From the NCBI GenBank assembly GCA_963665775.2, contig CAXXTF010000002.1:1088001-1152000 (forward strand): DNA of 64,000 nucleotides, in the 5' to 3' direction. The notes below the pieces were generated by a model, which made no database searches, was not told where the DNA came from, and saw only the letters and a list, made by a program, of their open reading frames with translations. This stretch comes from Dehalococcoidia bacterium (lineage in GTDB: Bacteria; Chloroflexota; Dehalococcoidia; SM23-28-2; RBG-16-64-32). Of the stretch, positions 29,670 to 39,444 are shown one piece after another; positions within the stretch are counted from its first letter, which is position 1, and the number at the start of each line of letters is the position of its first letter. A program made the translations under genes and the position numbers.

Positions 29670-32477
29670 CTACCCGCCCATCTCCTCGATGCCGGAGGGC
29701 TCTCCGTACTCCATCTCACCCCAGTTGCGGCCCACCTTTGTGTCCACCTTCAGGGGAACGAACATCTCCATCGACTTGGGCATTATGTCGAGGACGAGGG
29801 CGCGAATCTCCTCCAGCTCCTCCTGGGGGCACTCGAAGATCAGCTCGTCGTGGACCTGGAGCGTCATGAGAGCGCGCATCTTGCGGCGCTCCATCTCGGC
29901 GTCGATGCGGCTCATGGCGATCTTGATGATGTCGGCGGCCGTGCCCTGGACCGGCATGTTGATAGCCGCCCGCTCGGCGGCCTGGCGGACGTTGAAGTTG
30001 CCGGAGCTGATCTCAGGCAGGTAGCGACGGCGGCCGAACAGGGTCTCCGCGTAGCCCAGCTCGCGCACCCGCTGGACAGTCTCCTCCATATATCGCTTGA
30101 TGCCGGGGTACTTTTCGAAGTAGGTACGGATGAACTCGGCCGCCTCCTCGCGGGGGATGCGCTCGCGGGTGGAGAGGCCGTACTCGCTGAGGCCGTAGAG
30201 GACACCGAAGTTGAACACCTTGGCGCGGCGGCGCATGTCGGACGTGACCTCCTGGAGGGGGACGCTAAAGACATGGGAGGCGGTCGTGGCGTGGATGTCC
30301 TCGTCGCGGAGGAAGGCCTCAACGAGGCCGGGGTCCTGGGTTATGTGAGCCATGATGCGCAGCTCTACCTGGGAGTAGTCTGCGGAGAGGAGACGCGGAT
30401 CGGGCCCGACATCACGGGCGACGAAAGCGCGGCGAATCTGGCTGCCCAGCTCGGTGCGGACGGGGATGTTCTGGAGGTTGGGGTTGCTGGAAGAGAGGCG
30501 CCCGGTGGCCGCCCCCGTCTGGTTGAAGTCGGTATGGAGGCGGCGAGTACGAGGGTGAACGAGGTCGGGAAGGGTATCCAGGTAGGTAGACTTGAGCTTG
30601 GTCAGCTCCCGGTACTCGTAGATGAAGTCGACGATGTCGTGCAGGCCACGCAGGCCCTCCAGGGCCTGGGCATCGGTGCTGTAGGCGCCGCTCTTGAGAT
30701 GACGGGTCTTGGGCAGGTGCAGCTCCTCGAAGAGGATGTGGCTGAGCTGCTGGGGCGAGCTCATGTTGAACTCGTGGCCGACGGAGCGGTAGATATCCTC
30801 CTCAATGCGGCGAACCTCCAGGGCAAGAGTCTCCGACATCTCCCGCAGCGCTCCCCTGTCGATGGCGACACCGTTCATCTCCATGCGGGCGAGGATGGAG
30901 ACGAGCGGCATCTCGATCTCCTGAAACAGGCGGCGCATCCCCTTCTCCTCCAGCTCGGGCTCGAACAGGTCGCGGAGCCGGGCGGTCATGTCGGCGTCGG
31001 CGCAGGCGTAGCGGGCAGACGTCTCGATATCGACCTGATCCATGGTAAGCTGCGTGCCCTTACGGCCGCTGCCCAGGAGGTCGGAGATCGGGGTCATCTC
31101 GACGCCCAGGCGGCTGGAGGCGAGCCACTTGAGGCCCAGGGCACCCTGGCCGGGGCGACCGCCGCCTTCGCCCAGGAGATAGGCGGCGATCATGGTGTCG
31201 AAGGCGACGCCACGGGGCCAGACGCCGTGTTGGGCCAGAACCACGATGTCGTACTTGAGGTTGTGGCCATCGAGGCGAACCTCCGGCTCCTCCAGGAGGG
31301 GGCCGAGGCGTCCCAGGACGGTGGAAAGCGGTAGCTGACCATCGCCGGCGTGGCCCACGGGCAGGTAGAACACCTCGCCGTCGCCGAGGCCGATGGAGAT
31401 GCCCACGAGGTCGGCGCGCATGGCGTCGATATCCGTGGTCTCGGTGTCGAGGGCGAACCGCTTCTGCCCGGCGATGCGCCCGGCCAGCGCGTCCAGCGCT
31501 TCCTCCGTGCGGACGGTGGAGTAGCGCTCCTCCGGGGCGCCGGCGGAGGCGGGCATAGCCCGGGCGACCTCGCTGGCTGCCGCCCCTTCTGGCACGCGGG
31601 ACGCGAGGCTGCGGAACTCCAGCTCCCTGAAGAAGTCTAGGAGGCGCTGGCGATCGTAGTGGGCGGCGACGTCCGCGCCATCAAGATCGAGCTGCACGGG
31701 CGCGTCCATGACGATGGTGGCTAGGAGCTTGCTCTGACGCAGTTGCTGCTCGCCGGCACGAATGGCGCCCTCGATCCTCGCCGGCTGCACGTCGTCGATC
31801 CGCTCCAGAATCGCCTCGACGCTGCCGAACTCCTGGATCAGCCTGATGGCGGTCTTCTCGCCGACACCGGGCACGCCAGCGATGTTATCGGATGCATCAC
31901 CCTTCAGGGCCTTGAGGTCTGGCATCTGGTTAGGCATGACGCCGTAGCGCTCAGCCACATCATCGTCGGTGAGGTAGAGCACGTAGTCGCGCTGATAAGG
32001 GCGGTACATCCAGAGTTGAACGCCGGGCCCGACGAGCTGGGCGATGTCCGAATCCAGGCTGACGAGGGTCGTGTCGACCCCTTGTTCCGCGGCCTGGCGG
32101 GAGAGGGTACCCAGGAGATCGTCGGCCTCGTAATCCGCCAGCTCGTAGATGGGGATGCCGAAGGCCTCGATGAGCTGGCGGCAGCGTCCCATCTGAGCAC
32201 GGAGCTCGTCGGGCATGGGCGGGCGGTGAGCCTTGTAAGTCTCGGTGATCCGGTTGCGGAATGTGACCTCGCTAAGGTCCATGGCGACGGCGACGTGAGT
32301 GGGCTTCAGCTCCTGGAGGACGGAGAGGAGGGTGCCGGCGAAGCCATAGACGGCGGAGACCACTTCACCCGTACTCTTGACGGTGAGGGGCTGCGCCTTC
32401 TCAAAGGCGTGGAAGGCGCGGTGAATAAGGCCATGGCCGTCTATGAGTACGAGGCGGGCCTCAGCTTGGGGGCTCAC
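29670..32477 (-). CDS. polA: DNA polymerase I
   Basis: 5'-3' exonuclease, 3'-5' exonuclease (DTET) and pol A motifs (DYSQVELR, QVHDE); probable GTG start at 32477. Confidence 0.97.
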   Translation of the reverse strand: MSPQAEARLVLIDGHGLIHRAFHAFEKAQPLTVKSTGEVVSAVYGFAGTLLSVLQELKPTHVAVAMDLSEVTFRNRITETYKAHRPPMPDELRAQMGRCRQLIEAFGIPIYELADYEADDLLGTLSRQAAEQGVDTTLVSLDSDIAQLVGPGVQLWMYRPYQRDYVLYLTDDDVAERYGVMPNQMPDLKALKGDASDNIAGVPGVGEKTAIRLIQEFGSVEAILERIDDVQPARIEGAIRAGEQQLRQSKLLATIVMDAPVQLDLDGADVAAHYDRQRLLDFFRELEFRSLASRVPEGAAASEVARAMPASAGAPEERYSTVRTEEALDALAGRIAGQKRFALDTETTDIDAMRADLVGISIGLGDGEVFYLPVGHAGDGQLPLSTVLGRLGPLLEEPEVRLDGHNLKYDIVVLAQHGVWPRGVAFDTMIAAYLLGEGGGRPGQGALGLKWLASSRLGVEMTPISDLLGSGRKGTQLTMDQVDIETSARYACADADMTARLRDLFEPELEEKGMRRLFQEIEMPLVSILARMEMNGVAIDRGALREMSETLALEVRRIEEDIYRSVGHEFNMSSPQQLSHILFEELHLPKTRHLKSGAYSTDAQALEGLRGLHDIVDFIYEYRELTKLKSTYLDTLPDLVHPRTRRLHTDFNQTGAATGRLSSSNPNLQNIPVRTELGSQIRRAFVARDVGPDPRLLSADYSQVELRIMAHITQDPGLVEAFLRDEDIHATTASHVFSVPLQEVTSDMRRRAKVFNFGVLYGLSEYGLSTRERIPREEAAEFIRTYFEKYPGIKRYMEETVQRVRELGYAETLFGRRRYLPEISSGNFNVRQAAERAAINMPVQGTAADIIKIAMSRIDAEMERRKMRALMTLQVHDELIFECPQEELEEIRALVLDIMPKSMEMFVPLKVDTKVGRNWGEMEYGEPSGIEEMGG

Positions 32478-32685
32478 GAGGCGATTATAGCACCGCGGGC
32501 GAAGCCGGCACTTCATCACCGCCGTCGCAGGCAGCGCCAAGCGCCAGTAACATTACGACCGGCGCCAGAGCGAATAGTCGCATGGAAGCCGCTTTCACGT
32601 TGGCAGTATAACGCGGGGGCAGCGCCCGAGATACGCTCCCCATTCGTTGACGGCAGCTCTGGAAAGACCTATCATCGGCTCAATC

Positions 32686-33552
32686 ATGACAGACCTCACG
32701 TACGACAGCATCGAGGTGGGCAGCGAGTTCGGCCCCTGGCAGTACCCCCTACAAGAGCGTATCGCGCGGCACCTGGAGGCGGTGGAGAACAGCTTCTCCT
32801 GGCATCGGGAGAAGTCCCCCTGGGGCCCGCCCGTGGCTCCGCCGGCCATTCTCACGATCGCCACCCTGCGCTTCCTGGACTCGATCGGACCATTGCCGCC
32901 GGGCACCGTGCACGCCGAACAGGAGCTCGAGCTCATCTCTGTCCTGCGGCTGGACCGGCGCCTCGTCGGCTACGGGCGGTTCGTGGACAAGTACGCGGTA
33001 GAGGGACGCCGCTACGTCGTGTTCGAGGCACGATACCGAGCCGAGACCGGCCTGATCATCGGCCACTCCCGCGCCAAGATCGCCTTCCCAGAGCAGGGGA
33101 AGGCGTCAGAGACGGGAAAAGAGAAAGAGGCAACGGGCCCGGGAGAGCTGCCCGCCATCTCACGAACGCTGACACAGGAGAGTATAACGGGCTACTCGGA
33201 GGACTCAGCCAGCGCCTTACGCGGGCAGTCGATCCACCTGCAGCCAGAGGTGGCGAAGGAGGCGGGCTACGGAGCGACGGTGGCCGAGGAGCTGATGTCC
33301 GCGGACTACATATCGGAGCTGATGACGGGCGTATTCGGACAGGGATGGCTGCTGACCGGCCGAATGTCGCTCGCCTTCGTGCGACCGGCCCTGTGCGGTG
33401 ACACCCTGACGGCCAACGGTCGGGTGACGGAGCGGATCTACGAGGGATCCTTCACACGGCACGTTTACCAGGTGTGGTGCGAGAACCAGCGTGGAGAGAT
33501 GGTGGCCGTGGGCACGGCCAGCGGCCTGCTGCCGAGCGCGGGCGAAAAGTAG
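32686..33552 (+). CDS. Double hot-dog (MaoC-like) dehydratase-family protein
   Basis: Two hot-dog-like halves (VHAEQELE; SIHLQPEVAKEAG...FVRPALCGDTL). Confidence 0.75.
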   Translation: MTDLTYDSIEVGSEFGPWQYPLQERIARHLEAVENSFSWHREKSPWGPPVAPPAILTIATLRFLDSIGPLPPGTVHAEQELELISVLRLDRRLVGYGRFVDKYAVEGRRYVVFEARYRAETGLIIGHSRAKIAFPEQGKASETGKEKEATGPGELPAISRTLTQESITGYSEDSASALRGQSIHLQPEVAKEAGYGATVAEELMSADYISELMTGVFGQGWLLTGRMSLAFVRPALCGDTLTANGRVTERIYEGSFTRHVYQVWCENQRGEMVAVGTASGLLPSAGEK

Positions 33553-33723
33553 TCACTCCACCTTCGCCATTCGTGCTAGAATACGTGTCGCCCTCTCAAC
33601 GGCAGTAGCCCACAATAGCGAGCACCGCCTGCTACCCCTGGGAACAGTTGAGCGCTCTTTCCCCCAGACTTGACCACACCATCGCACTCCTCCGTATCGG
33701 CAGTGCGAAACAGCAACTAGACG

Positions 33724-34992
33724 TTGAGTAGCCGAAGACAGGTCTTCTATGGATGGTGGCTGCTGGCCGGGTCGGTGGTTGCCATGGCCGTGGGAAGCGG
33801 GGTCTCCCTCTGGTCCTTTGGGCTGTACATCGGCCCCCTGGAGGAAGAGTTCGGCTGGTCGCGAGCGGAGGTATCGCTGGGCTTTTCCGCCTCTTTACTC
33901 ATCGGCGGCCTGTCCAGCCCATTTATCGGCAAATGGATTGACATCCGGGGCCCCAGGCTGGTGATCATTGTGGGTGCGGCCCTGACTGCTGCCTCCTACG
34001 GGCTCCTCGCCACCACGAGGGAACTCTGGCAGTGGTACGTCTTCCTATCGGTCAACGCCCTATTCCGGCAGATGATGTTCTTCATCCCCTTCCAGGCGCT
34101 GATCTCCCGCTGGTTTGAGCGCAAACGGGGCATTGCGCTGGGTATCCTGGGCACGGGGTTCTCCATGGGCGGCTTTGTGGTCGTGCCCGTGCTGCGGCTG
34201 ATCATCGACAGCGCTGGTTGGGAGGCCGCCTTTATCGTCTCCGGCATCGTCATCGGCGCAGTGTTCGTGCCGCTGGGGCTGTTCCTCGTCCGCGACAGCC
34301 CGGCGGATGTGGGCGCCGCTCCCGACGGGGTGCTCCTCGCCAAGGATGAAGCTCCGCAACCTCAGACCCCGACCGGCCTGAGCCTGGGACAGGCGTTGCG
34401 GACGCCGCTCTTCTGGACACTGTCGGTAGCCCTGACGCTGTTTTTCTACGGTGTATTCGGTTGGATAGTGCACCAGGTGCCGTTCTATGAGTCGATCGGG
34501 CTCTCGCGGGGCGTGGCGGCGGCGCTCGTATCCGCAGCGGCTGGCCTTGGCGTCCTCTCGCGACTGGCGTTCGGCCTGCTGGCGGACCGCATGCCACGCA
34601 TCGAGAAGGCGGCAATGGGGCTGCTCGCCTTCCTCATCGCCGGGATGACCGTACTCCTCCTGAACTCGGGAGCGGCTGGCATCGTAGTCTTTATTATTTT
34701 CTGGGTCGTGGGCAGCAGCGGCGGCCCCCTGCTGGAGCCGCTGCTCATTACCCGCGCCTTCGGGTTGTCCCATTTCGGGGCGATCCTAGGAGCGTTCGTG
34801 GTGATCGAAACCGTCGGCTTCATCGCCAGTCCCACCATCGCCGCCGCCATCTTCGATGCGACCGGCTCATACGACCTCGTCCTGGCGATGTTCGCGGGAA
34901 CCTTCGCAGCCTCAATCGCCCTCTTCTACCTGGCCGCGCGCCTGCCCTTTCCCTCGATTCCGCAGCCTGAGCCGGTTCCCGCCACCCCCTAG
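33724..34992 (+). CDS. MFS transporter (OFA/MCT-like)
   Basis: Many TM segments; FYGWW, GKWIDIRGPR and RWFERKRGIALG motifs. Confidence 0.9.
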   Translation: MSSRRQVFYGWWLLAGSVVAMAVGSGVSLWSFGLYIGPLEEEFGWSRAEVSLGFSASLLIGGLSSPFIGKWIDIRGPRLVIIVGAALTAASYGLLATTRELWQWYVFLSVNALFRQMMFFIPFQALISRWFERKRGIALGILGTGFSMGGFVVVPVLRLIIDSAGWEAAFIVSGIVIGAVFVPLGLFLVRDSPADVGAAPDGVLLAKDEAPQPQTPTGLSLGQALRTPLFWTLSVALTLFFYGVFGWIVHQVPFYESIGLSRGVAAALVSAAAGLGVLSRLAFGLLADRMPRIEKAAMGLLAFLIAGMTVLLLNSGAAGIVVFIIFWVVGSSGGPLLEPLLITRAFGLSHFGAILGAFVVIETVGFIASPTIAAAIFDATGSYDLVLAMFAGTFAASIALFYLAARLPFPSIPQPEPVPATP

Positions 34993-35160
34993 CCCCGCCA
35001 CTCCCGTAGCCCTCGTCCAGCCAGGGCGCGCAAGCCAGGACCCGGCTGTTCGTTCATGCTTCGCCCCCTTGCTAACCGGTCGATCATAAATTGACAACGA
35101 TTATACTTCTGGTGCGATGGCGCAGCGAACTCCACATTCGACCGCTGCTATAATGCTCTC

Positions 35161-35613
35161 GTGACCACCATCTCCGAATACGGGGAGCACTTCCGGGAGG
35201 CCTTCGCCGCCCTTCACGGAGGCCGTCCCGATGACCCTGAGGGCGCTGTCGAGCGCGAGCCGGCTGAGTCGTTGGAGGAGTTCCTGACGCGCAGCCGCGG
35301 TGAAGCGCTGGGCGGGCTTCAGAGGCGGCTAACGGCCCTGGCGCCTCCACCGCCGCTGCGCAAGGCCCACGACGTCCTGGTACGCCTCCTGGAAAGCTCC
35401 GAGGAGGCGGACGCCGCCCTGACGGCACAGGTGGCGGCGTACCGCTGCGACCAGTTCCAGGAGAGCATCGCTCACTCCGACCGGCTGCACAGCCTCGTGG
35501 CGGAGAGCGCGCGGCTGGACCGGGAGCTGATCCTGGCGCTACAGGAGGCAGAGTCGAACCGCAGTGGCACCCTGGCCGAACTGGGGCTGGCCGATATTGT
35601 ATCGCCCTCCTGA
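35161..35613 (+). CDS. Hypothetical helical protein
   Basis: Fills the gap; TGcTATAAT 6 nt before the GTG. Confidence 0.65.
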   Translation: MTTISEYGEHFREAFAALHGGRPDDPEGAVEREPAESLEEFLTRSRGEALGGLQRRLTALAPPPPLRKAHDVLVRLLESSEEADAALTAQVAAYRCDQFQESIAHSDRLHSLVAESARLDRELILALQEAESNRSGTLAELGLADIVSPS

Positions 35614-35689
35614 ATGCACTAGCATTGCGGCGTAGCGGTACGGAGCCCGCCACGAGCGCTCGGAGTTTTAACCAGCAGGGAGTGATCTC

Positions 35690-37333
35690 ATGGCCCTAGT
35701 TGACGGCGGCGACCTGGTCGTTCGCGCCATCAAGCAGGAAGGCGTGGACACCATCTTCACCCTCTGCGGCGGACACGTCCAGGCGGTCTACGACGCCTGC
35801 CTGGACGAGAACGTCCGCGTCATCGACGTCCGGCACGAGCAGGCAGCGGGCCACGCCGCCGAAGGCTGGTCGCGGGCGACGCGGGGCTGCGGCGTGGCGG
35901 TGCTGACCGCCGGCCCCGGCGTCACCGACACCGTCACGGCCATCGCCAACGCCTACCAGAACCGCTCGCCTATGCTCGTCATCGCCGGCCGCAGCCCCCT
36001 CTCACGATTCGAGATGGGGGCGCTGCAGGAGATGGATCAGGTGGAGCTGGTGCGGCCCATCACCAAATGGGCCCGCTGTGTCTATGAGACGGCGCGGATC
36101 CCGGAATACATCGCCGCCGGATTCCGGGCCGCCCTCACGGGCCGCCGGGGCCCGGCCTTTCTGGAGATCCCCGTAGACATCCTGTTCCGCAAGGTTAACG
36201 AGGATGATGTCTATTTCCCGGCCAGCTACCGGCCGCAGGGCCTGATCTATCCAGACCCGAAGGCGATCGGGCGGGCGGCGGAAGCGCTATCGAAAGCGGA
36301 ACGACCGGTCGTGGTGGCCGGCTCGGAGGTCTACTGGCAGGAGGCCCACGAAGAGCTGCGCCGGCTCGTGGAGCTTACACGGACCCCCGTCTACTTGAAC
36401 GCTATGGGTAGAGGCTCCCTGAGTCAGGAGCACCCTCTCTTCTTCAGCCGCAGTCGGCGGCGTGCCCTGAGCGAGGCGGACGCCATCGTTATTATCGGGA
36501 CCCAGATGGACTTTCGATTGGGCTACGGCAAGCGGTTCAACCCGGGGGCGACGACGGTGCAGATCGACGCCGACCCCCAGCAGCTGGCCCGAAACCGGGA
36601 CATAGACGTGCCCATCGAGGCGGACACCAAGCCCTCCCTGGAGGCGCTAGCAGGGAAATTGGCCGGTTACAGCTCCGACCACCAGGAATGGCTGACCAGC
36701 CTCCGTAACGAGGAAGAGAAGGCCCGCGCCCAAACGGAGGAGTGGATGAACTCGGAGCGGGTGCCCATCCACCCCCTCCGGCTCTGTCGCGACATCGCCG
36801 AGTTCGTGGATGAGAACACGATAGTGGTCGGGGACGGAGGCGACATCGTGACCCTGGCGGCGCGGGTGTTGCCTATCAATCAGCCGGGGCAGTGGTACGA
36901 CCCCGGCCCCATGGGGACGCTGGGGGTGGGGACCGGCTTCTGCATGGCCATCCACAGCGTCCACCCGCAGAAGCGCATCCTCATGGTGAACGGGGACGGG
37001 ACCTTCGGGCTCAACGGCTTCGAATTCGACACCTTCGTCCGGTTAAACATGCCCATAGTCTCCGTCGTGGGAAACGACCAGCAGTGGGGGAACATCGCCG
37101 TGGGCCAGCGGATGATGTACGGCAAAGAGCGGATGGTATCTACAACCCTCAGCGATAACGCCCGCTACGATAGGGTGGTCGAGGCGCTGGGCGGCCACGG
37201 CGAGTTCGTTACCGAGCCAGACCAGATTCGGCCGGCCATCGAGAGAGCCTTCGCCTCCGGGAAGCCAGCCTGCGTCAACGTGATCATGGACCCGGAGCCG
37301 CCGGGAATCATGGGCGGCACCGACATCATGTAA
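35690..37333 (+). CDS. TPP-dependent enzyme (acetolactate synthase-like / 2-hydroxyacyl-CoA lyase family)
   Basis: RHEQAAGHAA, TAGPGVT, PGPMGTLGVG and GDG...N TPP motif. Confidence 0.9.
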   Translation: MALVDGGDLVVRAIKQEGVDTIFTLCGGHVQAVYDACLDENVRVIDVRHEQAAGHAAEGWSRATRGCGVAVLTAGPGVTDTVTAIANAYQNRSPMLVIAGRSPLSRFEMGALQEMDQVELVRPITKWARCVYETARIPEYIAAGFRAALTGRRGPAFLEIPVDILFRKVNEDDVYFPASYRPQGLIYPDPKAIGRAAEALSKAERPVVVAGSEVYWQEAHEELRRLVELTRTPVYLNAMGRGSLSQEHPLFFSRSRRRALSEADAIVIIGTQMDFRLGYGKRFNPGATTVQIDADPQQLARNRDIDVPIEADTKPSLEALAGKLAGYSSDHQEWLTSLRNEEEKARAQTEEWMNSERVPIHPLRLCRDIAEFVDENTIVVGDGGDIVTLAARVLPINQPGQWYDPGPMGTLGVGTGFCMAIHSVHPQKRILMVNGDGTFGLNGFEFDTFVRLNMPIVSVVGNDQQWGNIAVGQRMMYGKERMVSTTLSDNARYDRVVEALGGHGEFVTEPDQIRPAIERAFASGKPACVNVIMDPEPPGIMGGTDIM

Positions 37334-37354
37334 CGGGGTCAGCCGCGGACTGAG

Positions 37355-37404
37355 ACAGATGATCACAGACCAGATTTAATCTGAGCCTATCTGTGCCCAT
37401 CTGT
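37355..37404. repeat. Imperfect nested palindrome (REP-like hairpin)
   Basis: acagatgatcacaga...tctgtgcccatctgt with an inner cagatt/aatctg pair. Confidence 0.55.
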
Positions 37405-37447
37405 GACCCAAATGAAGGGGCCTGGTCGCTGCGCTATACTATATCCC

Positions 37448-37747
37448 ATGCAGGCGGGAGAGCGGCGACCAGGCGAGGGCGACGTTTCCGGACCCACCCG
37501 TGGTGACTTCACCGACTGGGATAATCCAGAGGACGAGTGGGAGGAAGCCGCAGACGAGTACGATGACGACGAAGCGTACGGAGAGATGGATCCTGACGAC
37601 CCGGACTACGACCTTTCGGAATCGGCCGGATACGCCGACCGGGAGCCGCCGAAGGGCCGGCCCTTCTTGCCGGAATGGTTCATAGTGGCCGTATCGCTGC
37701 TGCTGGTCCTGGCCCTGGTGCTACCCGCTCTGCGGCTGCTGAGCTGA
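37448..37747 (+). CDS. Hypothetical acidic protein with C-terminal TM helix
   Basis: Asp/Glu-rich body and hydrophobic tail; TATACT 7 nt before the ATG. Confidence 0.6.
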   Translation: MQAGERRPGEGDVSGPTRGDFTDWDNPEDEWEEAADEYDDDEAYGEMDPDDPDYDLSESAGYADREPPKGRPFLPEWFIVAVSLLLVLALVLPALRLLS

Positions 37748-37951
37748 AGCCGCGGTCACGCCGCCGACCTCCTCGAGTTCGGTCTCCACATAGGAGTTGC
37801 CGTAGCGGTCGCGCTTGATCTCGGCGCGGCTGACCTGACCGTGGTGGAGGGTGTTCTCCTCCCAGTAGGACATCTTCTGCCCCACGAGAGTGGCAGCCAA
37901 CACCTTGAGCCCCTTCTCATCCATGGCGAAGCGAAGCTCTTTAATGGCCAT
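37721..37951 (-). CDS. Small hypothetical protein
   Basis: GAGG SD and typical composition. Confidence 0.65.
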   Translation of the reverse strand: MAIKELRFAMDEKGLKVLAATLVGQKMSYWEENTLHHGQVSRAEIKRDRYGNSYVETELEEVGGVTAASAQQPQSG

Positions 37952-38044
37952 GCTTAATCCCTCACTTCGTAGTAGTCCACGATCATGATAGCGTACGCGA
38001 ATGTGGAGGCAAAGGGAGACCGTCAGCGGGGACGGATCGCGAGG

Positions 38045-38962
38045 TCATTCGGGCCGCGGTTCCGGGAGCGGCGAGCCCTCGTCTGGCCACATGTCTCGGA
38101 AGACGTACCACTGCTCGGGATAGCGCCGCACGAACCGCTCGAAGACGTTGACGATGGCCTGGGTGATCCGGCGGGCGTCCTCCTCCGGGTCGAGATCACG
38201 GTTCGAGAGGATGGGAGGAGTGACATGGGCGAGATAGCGGCCGCCCGGCCTGCGGACGGCGAGCCCGAAGACGATAGGAGCGCCGCTGAGTCGGGCCAGC
38301 CGCGCCGGGGCCACGGGAAAGACCGTCTCCTGACCGAAGAAGCTGATGGGGATGCCGCCTCCCCTGTCGATGCCCACATCGACGACCATGGCGACCATCT
38401 CCTTCTTGCGGAGGGCACGCAGAAGCGCGATGCCGGACCTCGTAGGCGTCAAGAGCGTGATCCCCATCCAAGCGCGGCAGGCTTCCGCCCAGTCCATGAG
38501 GCACTTCGGGCGTAGCCGCTCCGATACGGCCGTAATCTTGTAGCCCCTGAGAACGGCGATGGATGCCGCGATCTCCGCGCTGCCCATGTGGGCGCTGGTG
38601 AAGATGATGCCGCGGCCGTACGACTCTGCCTCGGCGAAGTGCTCCTCGCCCTCGACCTCCATCCGCTCCAGGGTAGACTCGGTATCCCAACCCTGGACGT
38701 GAATCATCTCCACGATATACTGCCCAAACTGCCGGAAGCAGTCCCGGGATAGGCGACGGACAACCGGGTCGTCAACGCTCTGGCCAAGAATGCGCGCGTA
38801 GTTACGGCGAGCCTTCTCACGCTTGCCCTTGAAGATGGCATGGGCCAAGTCGGCGAAGGGGAGCGACAGCCGGCAGGCGAAGCCAAAGGGGAAGATGGGA
38901 ATAGCAGTGCGATTGAAAACATAAAGCCCGGGGCCGGGAATCCAGCTCGATCGTTGGTTCAT
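38045..38962 (-). CDS. Lipid acyltransferase (HtrB/PatA-like family)
   Basis: HMGSAE, FFGQ, PARLA and YPEQW motifs. Confidence 0.88.
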   Translation of the reverse strand: MNQRSSWIPGPGLYVFNRTAIPIFPFGFACRLSLPFADLAHAIFKGKREKARRNYARILGQSVDDPVVRRLSRDCFRQFGQYIVEMIHVQGWDTESTLERMEVEGEEHFAEAESYGRGIIFTSAHMGSAEIAASIAVLRGYKITAVSERLRPKCLMDWAEACRAWMGITLLTPTRSGIALLRALRKKEMVAMVVDVGIDRGGGIPISFFGQETVFPVAPARLARLSGAPIVFGLAVRRPGGRYLAHVTPPILSNRDLDPEEDARRITQAIVNVFERFVRRYPEQWYVFRDMWPDEGSPLPEPRPE

Positions 38963-38970
38963 CGGAGCCG

Positions 38971-39444
38971 CTAGCCCCTCGCCGGCTGCCCTTCAGCGCG
39001 GCCCAGATAGAAGGCCTCTAGCTGGCGAGCGCGCTCCTGCGAGACCCGCAGGAAGACGGCGTTCGCCTCGGCCAGCAACCGTCCCTCAGGGCTACGAATC
39101 GCCGCCGCCACCTCTAGCCGACGACCGCGATCTCGCGTGACCTCACCCCTGACGGTGAGCTCCTGATCGAGGGGGAGCGGCCGCCGGTACCTGACCTCCA
39201 TCCTGGCCGTCACAGCCCAGATGCCGGCGGCGAACACCGCCCAACCCATCGCCTCGTCCAGGGCAGCCGCAGTGATGCCGCCGTGGACGAGGCCGGGGAA
39301 ACCCTGGTGCAGGGTGCGGGCCTGGAACCGACCAACCGCCGTCGTCCCCTCGACGGCGAACTCGATCTGGAGCCCCTCGGGATTGGCTTCGCCGCACCCG
39401 TAGCACCAGCGACGAGGGCTATCCACCGGCTCCTGTGTCACCAT
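38971..39444 (-). CDS. PaaI-family thioesterase
   Basis: CYGCGEANPEGL and HQGFPGLVHGG...DEAMG. Confidence 0.88.
   Translation of the reverse strand: MVTQEPVDSPRRWCYGCGEANPEGLQIEFAVEGTTAVGRFQARTLHQGFPGLVHGGITAAALDEAMGWAVFAAGIWAVTARMEVRYRRPLPLDQELTVRGEVTRDRGRRLEVAAAIRSPEGRLLAEANAVFLRVSQERARQLEAFYLGRAEGQPARG

Noticed and set aside
29850-33401. Long antisense ORFs (e.g. 29850..31334 and 31743..33401; likewise 16989..18188, 39443..40678 and 60854..62218)
   Set aside because: They are shadow frames of high-GC genes with no recognisable motifs.
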